64,000 bases of DNA from contig JBIJBF010000008.1 of the NCBI GenBank assembly GCA_044345375.1, forward strand, positions 141 to 64,140, written 5' to 3'. Shown piece after piece: positions 1 through 10,945 of the stretch. The stretch's first letter is position 1, and each line of letters begins with the position of its first letter. Origin of the DNA: Alphaproteobacteria bacterium (lineage in GTDB: Bacteria > Pseudomonadota > Alphaproteobacteria > CAISOG01). Under the pieces are notes generated by a model, which saw only the letters and a list, made by a program, of their open reading frames with translations, was not told the origin of the DNA and did not search any database. The position numbers were made by a program, and so were the translations under genes.

Positions 1-333
1 CGCAGGCAGCGTGTTCGCACCACCATTCGTTTGCGTGGGGCAGGGCGCCTGCGGTTGTCGGTTTATCGTTCTGGCAAGCATATTTACGCGCAGATTATTG
101 ACGACAAGGCGGGTTCTACCGTTGTCAGCGCTGCGACCGTTGAATCTGATCTCCAGAAAAAAATCAAAACAACTTCGAACAAGTTGGCCGCAGCAAAAAT
201 TGGCGGCATCTTGGCGGAAAGAGCGCTGGCCAAGGGGATTAGTGAGGTGGTTTTTGATCGTGGTGGCTATATTTATCATGGTCGTGTAAAAGAATTGGCC
301 GATGGCGCGCGGGCGGCTGGCTTAAAATTTTAG
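1..333 (+). CDS. rplR: 50S ribosomal protein L18 (5' truncated by window edge)
   Basis: [18 protein letters not shown] and [28 protein letters not shown] motifs; frame is open from base 1. Confidence 0.97.
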   Translation, partial: RRQRVRTTIRLRGAGRLRLSVYRSGKHIYAQIIDDKAGSTVVSAATVESDLQKKIKTTSNKLAAAKIGGILAERALAKGISEVVFDRGGYIYHGRVKELADGARAAGLKF

Positions 334-359
334 AATTTTCATTGGTAAAGGGGTAAAAG

Positions 360-938
360 GTGGCGCATCCAGATAAAAAAGCACGGGAAGAAGGCAGCGA
401 TCTTATCGAGAAATTGGTAAGCGTTAACCGTGTTGCAAAAACCGTTAAGGGCGGTCGTCGCATGGGGTTTGCAGCGCTGGTCGTTGTTGGTGACAACAAA
501 GGGCGGGTCGGATTTGGTACGGGGAAAGCCCGTGAGGTTCCAGATGCGGTGAAAAAGGCCACGGATGATGCCAAACATGCCTTGATTCGTGTGCCGTTGC
601 GTGAGGCACGTACCTTGCATCACGACAGCTATGGCCATTATGGTTCAGGCAAGGTGATGTTGCGTTCGGCGCCTGCTGGTACCGGCGTTATTGCCGGCGG
701 CCCGATGCGTGCTGTTTTGGAGGCCTTGGGGCTGCAGGATATTGTGGCCAAGTCTGTTGGTTCCTCGAATCCTCATAACGTGGTGCGGGCAACCATGGCC
801 GCCTTGCAGGCTGTGGAATCGCCAAGACAAATTGCCGCACGTCGGGGCAAAAAAATTGGTGATCTGATGGCGCGTCGCGGCGATGTTGTGAAATCTTCTG
901 CCAAAGAAGAAGGCTTGCTTGAAGTTGTAAAAGGATAA
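360..938 (+). CDS. rpsE: 30S ribosomal protein S5
   Basis: [21 protein letters not shown] motifs; spc operon order. Confidence 0.98.
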   Translation: MAHPDKKAREEGSDLIEKLVSVNRVAKTVKGGRRMGFAALVVVGDNKGRVGFGTGKAREVPDAVKKATDDAKHALIRVPLREARTLHHDSYGHYGSGKVMLRSAPAGTGVIAGGPMRAVLEALGLQDIVAKSVGSSNPHNVVRATMAALQAVESPRQIAARRGKKIGDLMARRGDVVKSSAKEEGLLEVVKG

Positions 939-942
939 GAAA

Positions 943-1137
943 ATGGCGAATGTCAAACAGGTTAAAGTCACACAGGTTCGTAGCGCGATTGGGCGCCGTG
1001 CAGATCAGCAACAAACACTGGTTGGTCTGGGGATTCGCCGTCGGTTGCACTCGGCGATCTTGGTGGATACACCAAGCGTGCAGGGCATGATTCGTAAGGT
1101 GCGTCATTTGGTGACGGTAGAAGAAATTAACGCTTAA
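943..1137 (+). CDS. rpmD: 50S ribosomal protein L30
   Basis: [11 protein letters not shown]...[10 protein letters not shown]; lies between rpsE and rplO. Confidence 0.96.
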   Translation: MANVKQVKVTQVRSAIGRRADQQQTLVGLGIRRRLHSAILVDTPSVQGMIRKVRHLVTVEEINA

Positions 1138-1147
1138 GGAGCCTAAG

Positions 1148-1609
1148 ATGTCGTTGCTTACTGAAATTCGTGAAAATCCGGCTGCGCGTCATAAGCCCAA
1201 ATGTTTGGGGCGCGGTATTGGCTCTGGTAAAGGCAAAACTTGTGGTAAGGGTCACAAGGGTCACAAGGCACGTAGCGGTGGAGCTCGCAAAATTTTTGAG
1301 GGCGGACAAATGCCGTTGTATCGCCGTTTGCCAAAACGCGGCTTTACCAATATTTTTCGTGTTCCCTATGCCGTGATCAATTTGGATGATCTGCAGCGTT
1401 GGGTGGATAGCGGGAATGAGCTGGCCAAGGGAAAAATCACCGCTGAGATTTTGTCGCAGGCGGGGTTGGTTCGTGATAACGCGCCGGTTAAGTTGTTGTC
1501 ACGCGGATCTTTGAACGCGAAATTGCAGCTTGAGGTTCACGCTGCATCCGCAGCAGCGGTGGATGCGGTGGCGAAGGCCGGTGGTGTTTTACAGATTTTA
1601 GGATCGTAG
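1148..1609 (+). CDS. rplO: 50S ribosomal protein L15
   Basis: [35 protein letters not shown]. Confidence 0.98.
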   Translation: MSLLTEIRENPAARHKPKCLGRGIGSGKGKTCGKGHKGHKARSGGARKIFEGGQMPLYRRLPKRGFTNIFRVPYAVINLDDLQRWVDSGNELAKGKITAEILSQAGLVRDNAPVKLLSRGSLNAKLQLEVHAASAAAVDAVAKAGGVLQILGS

Positions 1610-1616
1610 GTTAGCT

Positions 1617-2987
1617 GTGGCCAGTCGCCAAAATGTTTTTGGGAACAGCAACGCCCCGCTTGCCCCTTCGGGCGTCTCCGTTTCTGCCTTTATGCAAGCG
1701 AAAGAACTTCATGCGCGTATTTGGTTTACCCTGGTTGCCTTGATGGTTTATCGGCTGGGGACCTATATCCCTTTGCCAGGTATTGATACGCGGGTCGTTG
1801 CAGAAATGTTTAAGGCTCATGGTGGCGGCATTTTTGGCATGTTTGACATGTTTGCGGGCGGTGCCCTGCAGCGCATGACCATTTTTGCCTTAAACATTAT
1901 GCCCTACATCACCGCCTCGATCATCATGCAGCTGCTGTCTGCGGTGTCGCCAAGCTTGGAGGCGATGAAAAAGGAGGGGGAGAGTGGTCGCAAAAGAATC
2001 AACCAATATGCCCGCTACGGCACGGTTGCCTTGGCCTTGCTGCAGGGCTATGGCTTGGCGGTGGGGATGGAAAGTATTCGCAGCGGCGCCTTGCCGGCGG
2101 TTTTGGATCCAGGCCTGTCTTTTCGTTTGACCACCATGATTCTTCTAACTGGTGGGACGGTGTTTTTGATGTGGTTGGGGGAGCAGATGACCTTTCGGGG
2201 GATCGGCAATGGCACCTCAATGATTATTTTTGCAGGGATTGTGGCCAATCTGCCAGCGGCGTTGGGCAATACCCTGGAATTGGGAAAAACCGGCGCGTTG
2301 TCGGCGGGCTTTATTCTGGCCCTAATGCTGCTGATCGGCTTGGTGGTGTACTTTATTGTTTATATGGAGCGGGCGCAGCGGCGGTTGCTGGTGCAATATC
2401 CAAAGCGGCAGGTTGGCTCGCGGGTTACGGGCGGTGCCTCAACCCATATGCCTTTGAAGCTAAATACTGCTGGGGTGATCCCACCGATTTTTGCCAGCTC
2501 CCTGTTAATGCTGCCTGCAACGCTTGCCAGCGCTGGTTTGGGCGCCGATGCTCCCGATTGGTTGGCGGCGCTTATGCGCGCCCTTGGCTATGGGCAGCCG
2601 CTGCATATGGTTCTTTATGCCCTGATGATCGTCTTTTTCAGCTTTTTTTACACAGCGGTTGTGTTTAATCCGACCGAGACGGCGGATGCGATCAAGAAAA
2701 ATGGTGGTTTTATTTTGGGAATCCGTCCTGGCAAACATACGGCGGACTATTTGGACTTTATCTTGACCAGATTAACCGTGATTGGCGCCGCCTATATGAC
2801 CCTGGTTTGTTTGTTGCCGGAGTTTTTGATCGCGCGTTATTCGGTGCCCTTTTATTTTGGCGGCACCAGCCTGCTGATCGTGGTATCGGTGACAATGGAG
2901 ACGGTTGGGCAAATTCAGGGGCATCTGCTGACCCATCAGTATGAGGGATTAATGAAAAAATCGGGGCTACAAGGACGTCGTCGATGA
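1617..2987 (+). CDS. secY: Preprotein translocase subunit SecY
   Basis: [51 protein letters not shown] motifs. Confidence 0.99.
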   Translation: MASRQNVFGNSNAPLAPSGVSVSAFMQAKELHARIWFTLVALMVYRLGTYIPLPGIDTRVVAEMFKAHGGGIFGMFDMFAGGALQRMTIFALNIMPYITASIIMQLLSAVSPSLEAMKKEGESGRKRINQYARYGTVALALLQGYGLAVGMESIRSGALPAVLDPGLSFRLTTMILLTGGTVFLMWLGEQMTFRGIGNGTSMIIFAGIVANLPAALGNTLELGKTGALSAGFILALMLLIGLVVYFIVYMERAQRRLLVQYPKRQVGSRVTGGASTHMPLKLNTAGVIPPIFASSLLMLPATLASAGLGADAPDWLAALMRALGYGQPLHMVLYALMIVFFSFFYTAVVFNPTETADAIKKNGGFILGIRPGKHTADYLDFILTRLTVIGAAYMTLVCLLPEFLIARYSVPFYFGGTSLLIVVSVTMETVGQIQGHLLTHQYEGLMKKSGLQGRRR

Positions 2988-3649
2988 TCGTGATTCTTAT
3001 GGGGCCACCAGGGGTCGGCAAGGGAACCCAAGCCGCCTTGTTGGCCGAGCGTTTTGGCATGTTGCCCTTGGCGACCGGGGATATGCTGCGTGCGGCGGTT
3101 GAATCGGGCTCCGAACTTGGGGGACGGGTTAAGGAGATCCTGCGGCAGGGCAATTTGGTGTCGGATGAGGTGGTGATTCAGCTGATTGAAAGCAAATTGA
3201 ATCAATCAACCCAGGGCTTTATTTTGGATGGGTTCCCCCGAACCTATGCACAGGCAGAAGCCTTGGATCAATTTCTGCAGGGGCGCGGTCAAAAGGTGCA
3301 TGCGGTGGTTTTGCTGGAGGTGCCGCGCGCGCATATCATTGAGCGGGTTACGGGCAGATTTTCCTGCGCAGCATGCGGCACTGCCTATCATCGCTTGTAC
3401 CATAAGCCTGCGCAAGAGGGGGTTTGCGACCAGTGTCAATCGACGAATTTTGTGGTGCGTCCGGATGACACGCGTGAGGTTATTGAGCGGCGTTTGGAAG
3501 TGTACAAAGATCAAACCGAATCCGTCCTGCCGTTTTATCAGGCCAGGGGGCTTTTAAAGCGGGTTGATGGGGTGGGGGAGGTGGCTGAGGTATCGGCACG
3601 TTTGGTAGAGGTTTTGGGCGGCGTCAGCTTTCAGGATGCGGTTGCGTGA
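2984..3649 (+). CDS. adk: Adenylate kinase with four-Cys LID domain
   Basis: [11 protein letters not shown]-loop, [14 protein letters not shown]...CDQC LID; ATGA overlap with secY. Confidence 0.98.
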   Translation: MIVILMGPPGVGKGTQAALLAERFGMLPLATGDMLRAAVESGSELGGRVKEILRQGNLVSDEVVIQLIESKLNQSTQGFILDGFPRTYAQAEALDQFLQGRGQKVHAVVLLEVPRAHIIERVTGRFSCAACGTAYHRLYHKPAQEGVCDQCQSTNFVVRPDDTREVIERRLEVYKDQTESVLPFYQARGLLKRVDGVGEVAEVSARLVEVLGGVSFQDAVA

Positions 3650-3667
3650 TGTGTGTGAAAAAATCTA

Positions 3668-3695
3668 TTGACAACCGTGTGTTCCTAGCTAGTGT
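3668..3695 (+). promoter_or_regulatory. Putative sigma70 promoter for the rpsM-rpsK-rpoA-rplQ operon
   Basis: TTGACA-N16-TAGTGT in the AT-rich gap upstream of rpsM. Confidence 0.5.
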
Positions 3696-3742
3696 TCAAA
3701 ATTCGGCTATAATTATTTTGTCATAAAAATTGGAGATTACCT

Positions 3743-4123
3743 GTGGCACGTATTGCTGGTGTTAACATTCCTTCGCAAAAACCGTTGTGGATTGCCCTGC
3801 GTTATCTGTATGGGATTGGTCCAACCAATGCGTTGGAGATTTGTGTGAAGGCTGGGATCGACAAGGCCAAGCGTGTTTATCAGCTTAGCGAGGCCGAAAT
3901 TTTGCAGCTGCGCCAGATTATTGATGGCGATTACAAGGTTGAGGGGGATCTGCGCCGTGAGGTGTCGTTTAACATCAAGCGCTTGATGGATATTGGCTGC
4001 TACCGTGGTTTGCGCCACCGGACTGGTCGTTTGCCGGTGCGTGGTCAACGGACGCGTACCAACGCCAGAACCCGTAAGGGTAAAGCCATTGCCATTGCCG
4101 GCAAGAAAAAAGTAACGAAATAA
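3743..4123 (+). CDS. rpsM: 30S ribosomal protein S13
   Basis: [36 protein letters not shown]. Confidence 0.98.
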   Translation: MARIAGVNIPSQKPLWIALRYLYGIGPTNALEICVKAGIDKAKRVYQLSEAEILQLRQIIDGDYKVEGDLRREVSFNIKRLMDIGCYRGLRHRTGRLPVRGQRTRTNARTRKGKAIAIAGKKKVTK

Positions 4124-4147
4124 CATTAGGTCTATAGGAGTTTAGCC

Positions 4148-4534
4148 GTGGCCCCTCGCCAAAAAACGAAGAAAAAAGAAAAAAAGAATATCGTGAGTGC
4201 GCGTGCTTATGTAAATGCGACCTTTAACAACACCATGGTGACCATCACCGACTTGTTTGGGAACGCCATTTCTTGGTCTTCTGCGGGCATGATGGGGTTC
4301 AAGGGTGCACGCAAATCAACGCCCTATGCGGCGCAGGTAGCGGCGGAAGATGCCGCGAAAAAAGCCAAGGAGCATGGGGTGAAATTGGTTGAGGTTGAGG
4401 TCAATGGCCCAGGGTCGGGGCGTGAGTCTGCCCTGCGCGCGCTGCAAGCAGTCGGCTTTACGGTGACCGCGATTCGTGACACCACGCCCGTCCCGCACAA
4501 TGGCTGCCGCCCACCCAAGCGCCGCCGCGTTTAG
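4148..4534 (+). CDS. rpsK: 30S ribosomal protein S11
   Basis: [33 protein letters not shown]. Confidence 0.98.
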   Translation: MAPRQKTKKKEKKNIVSARAYVNATFNNTMVTITDLFGNAISWSSAGMMGFKGARKSTPYAAQVAAEDAAKKAKEHGVKLVEVEVNGPGSGRESALRALQAVGFTVTAIRDTTPVPHNGCRPPKRRRV

Positions 4535-4584
4535 TTTTTTGTTTTCATCTGTCGATTGTTTATTTGAGGGAAGGTTTTTTAGGT

Positions 4585-5616
4585 ATGACGACAATTAACG
4601 CTATCGAACGTAACTGGCAGGCATTGATTAAACCCAACCATCTAAACCTTGACGCGCAAAACGATAACCGCCGTGTTGTTTCTATTGTTGCTGAGCCTTT
4701 GGAGCGCGGTTTTGGCCAGACCTTGGGCAACGCCCTGCGCCGTGTTTTGCTGTCTTCCTTGCAGGGCGCTGCCGTAACCGCGGTGCATATTGAGGGTGTT
4801 TTGCATGAATTCTCCTCAATTCCTGGTGTGCGTGAGGATGTCACCGATATCATCCTCAATTTAAAGCAATTGGCGGTGCGTTTGAAATCCGAGACCCCAC
4901 GTAAAGTGCGTTTGCATGCCAAGGGTCCTTGTGAGGTTCGTGCGGGGCAAATTGAAACCGGCGCGGATGTTGAAATTTTGGATCCAGAATTGGTGATTTG
5001 CACGCTGGATCGTGACGCCAGCATCAATATTGAGTTGACGGTTGCGCATGGCAAAGGTTATGTAACCGCCAATCAAAACCGTACGGAAGACGCGCCGATT
5101 GGTCTGATTCCGATTGATTCCATTTTTTCCCCGGTGCGTCGTGTGGCCTTTAAGGTTGAAAACACCCGGGTTGGCCAAATTACCGATTACGACAAATTGA
5201 CCATGGTGATTGAAACCAACGGATCGGTTTCCGCTGATGATGCGGCGGGCATTGCGGCACGTATTCTGCAGGATCAGTTGCAGTTGTTTGTGAATTTTGA
5301 TGAAACAGGGGCTGCCCGTCATCATGGCACCAAATTGGATCTGCCGTTTAACCCCAACATGTTGCGACGTGTTGAGGAATTGGAATTGTCGGTTCGTGCC
5401 TCAAACTGTTTGAAAAACGACAACATCGTTTATATCGGTGATTTGGTGCAGAAATCTGAGATGGATCTGTTGAAAACACCCAATTTTGGCCGCAAATCCA
5501 TGGAAGAAATTAAACGGGTGCTGGCGACCATGGGCTTAAGCCTGGGATCCGATGTTCCTGGCTGGCCACCAGAAAATATTGAGGAACTTGCCAAAAAGCT
5601 CGAAGAGCCTTACTAG
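4585..5616 (+). CDS. rpoA: RNA polymerase alpha subunit
   Basis: [38 protein letters not shown]; start placed at ATG 4585. Confidence 0.98.
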   Translation: MTTINAIERNWQALIKPNHLNLDAQNDNRRVVSIVAEPLERGFGQTLGNALRRVLLSSLQGAAVTAVHIEGVLHEFSSIPGVREDVTDIILNLKQLAVRLKSETPRKVRLHAKGPCEVRAGQIETGADVEILDPELVICTLDRDASINIELTVAHGKGYVTANQNRTEDAPIGLIPIDSIFSPVRRVAFKVENTRVGQITDYDKLTMVIETNGSVSADDAAGIAARILQDQLQLFVNFDETGAARHHGTKLDLPFNPNMLRRVEELELSVRASNCLKNDNIVYIGDLVQKSEMDLLKTPNFGRKSMEEIKRVLATMGLSLGSDVPGWPPENIEELAKKLEEPY

Positions 5617-5662
5617 ATTTTTATATGTCGTTTATCGTTATTGGGATTACAGGAGTTTTATT

Positions 5663-6073
5663 ATGCGTCACCGTATAGCCGGCCGTAAGCTAAACCGTAC
5701 CAGTGAGCATCGTATTGCGATGTTCCGCAACATGGCCGCGTCGTTGGTTGAGCATGAGCAAATTATGACAACCTTGCCCAAAGCCAAGGAACTGCGTCCC
5801 TATTTGGAAAAATTGATCACGGTGGGTAAGGTTTCCAGCTTGGCCAACCGTCGTTTCTTGTTCAATACCCTGCGCAATGAGGCGGCGGCGGCCAAAATTA
5901 TGGCGGTTTTGGGGCCCAGATATCAGGAACGTCCAGGTGGCTATATCCGTATTATTAAGGCTGGCAAGCGTTACGGTGACACCGCGCCAATGGCAATTAT
6001 TGAGTTGGTGGATCGCGATGCGTCGGCTAAGGTGCGTGCAGCGCCAACGGTTGAGGTGGATACGGCGGCATAG
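5663..6073 (+). CDS. rplQ: 50S ribosomal protein L17
   Basis: [35 protein letters not shown]; AGGAG RBS before ATG 5663. Confidence 0.98.
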   Translation: MRHRIAGRKLNRTSEHRIAMFRNMAASLVEHEQIMTTLPKAKELRPYLEKLITVGKVSSLANRRFLFNTLRNEAAAAKIMAVLGPRYQERPGGYIRIIKAGKRYGDTAPMAIIELVDRDASAKVRAAPTVEVDTAA

Positions 6074-6169
6074 GCCAAACGGGCGGCTAAAGGTTCTGTA
6101 ATTTTTGAATAATTGTGCTGTTGGTGCTGATCAGAAAACTTTTAGAAATCTTTGCGGGGGGATACTGCG

Positions 6170-6784
6170 GTGCGCTTTTTCTTGAAAAGTATTGGCTTTT
6201 TTTCGTTGCTGATGATGCTAAGCCTGCCGGTAAAAACTTATGGCGGGGTTGTGGTTGGTGCTCCCGCACCTGATTTTACCTTGTTGGACAGCAACGGGGT
6301 TGCGCATTCTGTCGCGCAATACAAAGACAAAATCGTGGTGTTGGAATGGACCAACCATTTGTGCCCCTTTGTAAAAAAACATTACAGCAGCGGCAACATG
6401 CAGGCGTTGCAAAAGAAATACACGGACCAATCGGTGGTTTGGCTTAGCGTGATTTCCTCAGCAGAGGGCAAGCAGGGGTTTGTGACCCCCTATGAGGCCA
6501 ATGAACAAACGACTTCGCGTAAGGCCGCGCCCACCGCGGTGTTGTTGGATCCCTTGGGTCGTGTAGGCAAACTTTATGGCGCCAGAACGACACCGCATGT
6601 GTTTATCATCGATAAGCAAGGCACATTGGTGTATCAGGGAGCTGTCGATGATATTCCCAGCAGCAATGTCAAAGATATTGAACAGGCTCAAAATTACGTT
6701 CAACCGGCGTTGGATGAACTTTTGGCGGGCAAACCGGTTAGCTTAAGCGCCACCAAGCCCTATGGTTGTTCTGTAAAGTATTGA
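6170..6784 (+). CDS. Exported thioredoxin-fold/AhpC-TSA redoxin protein
   Basis: Signal-peptide-like N-terminus, APDFTL, LEWTNHLCPFV, ARTTPHVF, C-terminal PYGCSVKY; start uncertain (6152 or 6170). Confidence 0.85.
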   Translation: MRFFLKSIGFFSLLMMLSLPVKTYGGVVVGAPAPDFTLLDSNGVAHSVAQYKDKIVVLEWTNHLCPFVKKHYSSGNMQALQKKYTDQSVVWLSVISSAEGKQGFVTPYEANEQTTSRKAAPTAVLLDPLGRVGKLYGARTTPHVFIIDKQGTLVYQGAVDDIPSSNVKDIEQAQNYVQPALDELLAGKPVSLSATKPYGCSVKY

Positions 6785-6790
6785 TAACCT

Positions 6791-6940
6791 CTATAGTCAT
6801 TCCACTTTAAAAACTTACAGTGCTGCAAATGTCATGAGGTCTGCGATACGGTGCTCATGTACGCAGGGTACACTCCGCTCCGTTTCTCGACCTCATGACA
6901 TTTTCGCAGTCTGTAACTTTTTAAATTGAAACGACTATAG
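6791..6940. repeat. ~150-bp palindromic element, copy 1 (Rickettsia palindromic element/MITE-like)
   Basis: Terminal CTATAGTC...GACTATAG, nested arms AAATGTCATGAGGTC/GACCTCATGACATTT; near-identical inverted copy at 60348-60496. Confidence 0.9.
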
Positions 6941-6982
6941 CAGTGCGGGCGACATCCTCCCCGCGGCGGCTTTTATGAGCGG

Positions 6983-7510
6983 TTATTGCGGTTTTCCGCC
7001 AGCAATTAAGCCTGCTGAAGCTGGTGCGACTCTTCGTTCGACCCCTTCATAATTGGGATCTTGGGCTCGGCGACGATCAGGTCCAAAATAATCAGCTGAG
7101 CGCAGAAAGGGGCGTGGATGCTCAATCACATCGACAACACGGGCATACAGCGAATTGGCGGTGATCGGTTTGGTCATGACCTGGTTGGCGCCTGAATCCC
7201 GCGCGGCCTCAACCTTTTCACGTTCGGTATAGCCACTGATGATGATGACGGGAACAAAAGGATCAGCACTGGTATCGTCGTTGCGAATTTTTTTGGTAAA
7301 TTCGATGCCGGTCATCGGTTGCATCATGATATCCACCAACACCACATCGATGTTGTATTCATTTAGGCGTTGCCAAGCGGCATCGGTATCCTCAGCCTCA
7401 TAAATCGTGCCAACCCCCCAAGATTGCAAGATCACCCGAATCAAACTGCGCATGCTTTTGCTGTCGTCAACAATCAGGATGGTTAAAACACTAAAACGGT
7501 AGTTTGACAC
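6983..7510 (-). CDS. CheY-like response regulator with Arg-rich C-terminal extension (Cle-like)
   Basis: Receiver motifs ILIVDD, VLVDIMM, TKP; tail PRPFLRSADYFGPDRRR...YEGVERR. Confidence 0.88.
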   Translation of the reverse strand: MSNYRFSVLTILIVDDSKSMRSLIRVILQSWGVGTIYEAEDTDAAWQRLNEYNIDVVLVDIMMQPMTGIEFTKKIRNDDTSADPFVPVIIISGYTEREKVEAARDSGANQVMTKPITANSLYARVVDVIEHPRPFLRSADYFGPDRRRAQDPNYEGVERRVAPASAGLIAGGKPQ

Positions 7511-7647
7511 AGAAAAATATCGCCAAAATAAATAGATTATCTAAGGCTCATAGAATGGCCGACCCCACCCAAAAAATCAAGCACTCTTGGAAGCATCGAG
7601 CAAGATAGGGGATCTTGACCGTGCTATGGTATGTTCAAAGGGGTTTT

Positions 7648-8355
7648 TTAGCTGCCCCCCGCCGCATGCCGCTCGGTGGCCACCTCGGTAATGCGATCCA
7701 CCAGCCGGCTAAAGGGCAGGCTTTGCACCAAAACCGATCCAGGGCCAACCAGATGGGCGAAAAACAACCCCTCCCCCCCAAACAGGGCGTTGGTAAAGCC
7801 GCCGACAAATTTGATGTCATAGGTGACTTGGCGGCTGAATCCTACCAAACAGCCAGTTTCGACATTCAGATGTTCACCCGCGGCCAATTGATGCTCAACG
7901 ATTGCGCCGCCCGCATGGACAAAGGCGGTGCCGTGCCCGCTAAGCCGTTGCAAAATGAACCCCTCGCCGCCAAAAAAGCCGGCGCCCAATTTTTTGGTAA
8001 AGGCGATGCCGATGCCCACATCGATGGAGGCGCAGAGGAAGGCGTTTTTCTGGCAAATATACTCGCCATCATGGAGGCTTAGATCGATCGGCATGATTTT
8101 GCCGGGGAAGGGGGCGCTAAAGGCCACGCGGCCGTAATCGTGCCCATCATATTGAAAGCGCGAAACGAAAAAGCTTTCGCCAACGATCATCCGTTTGATA
8201 CCGCTTAGCACGCCGCGGCCAGTGCCGGTGTTGATCGTCACCCCGTGGCTCATATACACCATGGTGCCCGGGTCGGCGTAGACCTGATCGCCAGGCGCCA
8301 ACACCACCTCAACCGCCTGAATGCTCTCCCCATAAATGTTATAGCCGCGAATCAT
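7648..8355 (-). CDS. AIM24/TIGR00266 family protein
   Basis: GESFF, FSAPFPGKI, GFFGGEGFILQRL, FGGEGLF, QSLPFSRL; start moved to ATG 8355. Confidence 0.9.
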   Translation of the reverse strand: MIRGYNIYGESIQAVEVVLAPGDQVYADPGTMVYMSHGVTINTGTGRGVLSGIKRMIVGESFFVSRFQYDGHDYGRVAFSAPFPGKIMPIDLSLHDGEYICQKNAFLCASIDVGIGIAFTKKLGAGFFGGEGFILQRLSGHGTAFVHAGGAIVEHQLAAGEHLNVETGCLVGFSRQVTYDIKFVGGFTNALFGGEGLFFAHLVGPGSVLVQSLPFSRLVDRITEVATERHAAGGS

Positions 8356-8371
8356 CAGAATCTCCCTTGGG

Positions 8372-8914
8372 TTAAAAGCGTTTGGACAATTCAATCGCCA
8401 GGCGCGATCCGGTTTTGATCAGGCCGGTTAGGATCGGATAGGCCACCGCGTTTTGCGCGCCCGCCGCAACCGCCTGATTCTTATGCTCCACCTCCTCAGC
8501 CTGAAATTGGCGCAGGGTGCTGGCCAAATCCGCCTCATCTGGTGGCAGGGCGGCCAACTGCTCAGCATAGTGCTGATCGATCACGGTTTCCACCGCCTCG
8601 GTACAGGCCATCGCCGCGGCATCGCCCAACAGGGCGGTTGCGGCGCCAAGGCCATAGCCCAACAGGTGCCAGAGCGGCAGCAGCACGCTGGGGCGCACCT
8701 GCCGCGCGGCCATCAATGCGCGAAACTGCTCCAGATGCACCGCCTCCTGCGCGGCCATTTCGGCCACCAGCTGCTGCGCCTGTGGGCTTTTTACAAACCG
8801 TTGTTGCCCAGCGTAGATGCGCACCGCGCCATATTCGCCGGCGTGATTAACCCGCAGCATGCTGGCCAAATCTGTCTTAGCATCGGCGTTGGAGGAAAAG
8901 GCTTGCAAGGCCAT
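8372..8914 (-). CDS. coq7: Demethoxyubiquinone hydroxylase (di-iron)
   Basis: RVNHAGEYGAVRIYAGQ, ExxH motifs, AMACTEAVETVIDQHY. Confidence 0.93.
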   Translation of the reverse strand: MALQAFSSNADAKTDLASMLRVNHAGEYGAVRIYAGQQRFVKSPQAQQLVAEMAAQEAVHLEQFRALMAARQVRPSVLLPLWHLLGYGLGAATALLGDAAAMACTEAVETVIDQHYAEQLAALPPDEADLASTLRQFQAEEVEHKNQAVAAGAQNAVAYPILTGLIKTGSRLAIELSKRF

Positions 8915-9079
8915 GTTGAGGATACCCTTGTAAGATTTGGTGTTGCTTGTCTTTAGCCATAACCCGATTTGGCGATTGTCGCAACGCCCACCGCCTGCAA
9001 CAACGAAGAAATAGATGGCGGTAGGGTTAAAAATTCGTTTCAATGCAACTGTTTTGTCATCGCCATGCGGTAAAATTGT

Positions 9080-10930
9080 TTGATGCGATCTTTCTGCTCA
9101 TCCCTGTCATTGCATCGACCCGGGCGGTTCATGCTCGTGATGCTGCTGGCGCTGTGGGTTGGGGTGCTGGCGGATGTGCCGCTGGTTCAGGCGCAAACAG
9201 CGCCCCCACCTGCAGCGCCACCGACCGCGCCGTTCAATTTTCATCCTGAGGATATCATCAACACCTGCTGGAGCTGCAGTTTTTTTGCGATCATTTTTGA
9301 TACCTCCTATCAGCTGGGCTATTACATCAACAACGGCGATGGCGCCAACGCGGGGCTGGTGAACCGGTTGGCGGATATGAGCGCGCTGTTGCTGGCGCTG
9401 TACCTGCTGTGGATCGCGTTAAAGCTGGTGTTTCCCTTTGGGCCGTTGGGGGGCTTTCGCCAAGATGGCAACAACCTGATCTTGCATATGGCGGCGGTGG
9501 TGATTGCGATTGCCGCCCTGAAAAGCCACAACAAATTTTATGAGGATTATTTTCTGGTGCCCGCCATTTCCACGGGGGTTGAGCTGGCGGTTGGGGCGTT
9601 GGAGGCCAGCACGGGCGCGGTTGGCCAGGCGGGCAATGGCACCAGCTATCAAATCGCCGCCCCCACCAACAACGGTAGCTGCCCGGCCGTGACCACCAGC
9701 ACGGGAACCGGCTTTAGCCTGACCGCGCCGGCGCCGCCCGCGCACATGAGCCCAAAGGTCAAACTGGCGCGCAACAAACTGATTTGCCAGATGCAAAATA
9801 TCCAGCAGGCGATTGGGGTGGGGGCGTTGATCGGCGTTTCGGGCATGATTTATGGTCCGCAGGTGGGCGGCCTAAACTTTAACCCATTGACCCATTTTGG
9901 GGTGGATGAATTCGCCAAAAGCGTGATTGATAAGGTGCTGTCGGTGTTGGCCGGTTTGGTGCTGCTGGTAATTTACGCGATTGCGATCATCGTCTACCCG
10001 TTTTATCTGCTGGACGCCTTTTTGATGCTGATGTTCATTGGGGTGTTGGCGGGATTCTTTATTTTCACCTATGCGCTGCGGCTGTTTCGCCAGGCCACCT
10101 ACGCCGCCTTTAAGGCGTTGGTTGAGGCGGCGGCGGTGATCACCTTCCTCAGCATCGTGGTGGGCATTGGCATGTCGATGCTTGCCTATGCCTCGCAGCA
10201 GTATTTGGCAACCTATGGCATTTCAAAGCCGACCAATGAGGCGATTGCCGCGTTGGTGGCTGAGATTGCGGCGGGCAAAATTTGGTTAAAATTGTACGAG
10301 CCGAACTACTGGCTGTTTGTGGTGGCGGGATTCCTGCTGATCCGCACGATGAAGGATGCGACCAGACTGGCTGAGGTCTTTACCGCTGGTCCGGGCAAGG
10401 AGGGCTATCGCGATGAGTTTCATATCGGCGTGACGCTGGGCGAAAAGGTGGCGTCGCGCCTTAGCACCCAATCGGCGGTGTTGGGGCTTTGGGCCACCCG
10501 CATGACGGTGACCGCGCCGATTAAGGGCACGCAGGCGGTTGGCGGCTTTTTGGAGCGCACCCGCAACCCCTTTGGCAGCATGACAGCGGCGGAGATTGCC
10601 TATACCGGGGCTGTAGCCGGCAATGCCAAATCTTTTGAGGCAGCGCGCGCGGGGCGGGAGGCGGATTTGCGGGCTGGCAACACCGAGGCTGCTGTGTCCT
10701 TAGGAATTATGGCGGAGAAGGGGGCGTTAAAGGATAAAGTGCAGGCCTTGGCCTATTACAAAATTGCGGCGGCAGATGCCAGGAATCCAGCACAAGCGCG
10801 GGCGATTGCTGAGATGCGTCGGTTGGAATCCACCATGGCGGCGGCTGAGATCAAAAAGGCTGAGGATATGGCCGATGCGTGGGACAAAGACCACAACGCC
10901 CTGCCCACTTTTACCCCACCCTATGCGTAG
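9080..10930 (+). CDS. VirB6/TrbL-like polytopic membrane protein with C-terminal Sel1-like repeat
   Basis: Signal peptide, Pro-rich linker, CWSC motif, many hydrophobic helices that align by eye with the next ORF, C-terminal LGIMAEKG..KDKVQALAYYKIAA; start may be downstream. Confidence 0.6.
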   Translation: MMRSFCSSLSLHRPGRFMLVMLLALWVGVLADVPLVQAQTAPPPAAPPTAPFNFHPEDIINTCWSCSFFAIIFDTSYQLGYYINNGDGANAGLVNRLADMSALLLALYLLWIALKLVFPFGPLGGFRQDGNNLILHMAAVVIAIAALKSHNKFYEDYFLVPAISTGVELAVGALEASTGAVGQAGNGTSYQIAAPTNNGSCPAVTTSTGTGFSLTAPAPPAHMSPKVKLARNKLICQMQNIQQAIGVGALIGVSGMIYGPQVGGLNFNPLTHFGVDEFAKSVIDKVLSVLAGLVLLVIYAIAIIVYPFYLLDAFLMLMFIGVLAGFFIFTYALRLFRQATYAAFKALVEAAAVITFLSIVVGIGMSMLAYASQQYLATYGISKPTNEAIAALVAEIAAGKIWLKLYEPNYWLFVVAGFLLIRTMKDATRLAEVFTAGPGKEGYRDEFHIGVTLGEKVASRLSTQSAVLGLWATRMTVTAPIKGTQAVGGFLERTRNPFGSMTAAEIAYTGAVAGNAKSFEAARAGREADLRAGNTEAAVSLGIMAEKGALKDKVQALAYYKIAAADARNPAQARAIAEMRRLESTMAAAEIKKAEDMADAWDKDHNALPTFTPPYA

Positions 10931-10945
10931 CGGGGGGCGGGCGGC

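Noticed and set aside
3650-3742. Missing rpmJ/infA/map here and rpsD before rpoA
   Set aside because: Normal arrangement for alphaproteobacteria
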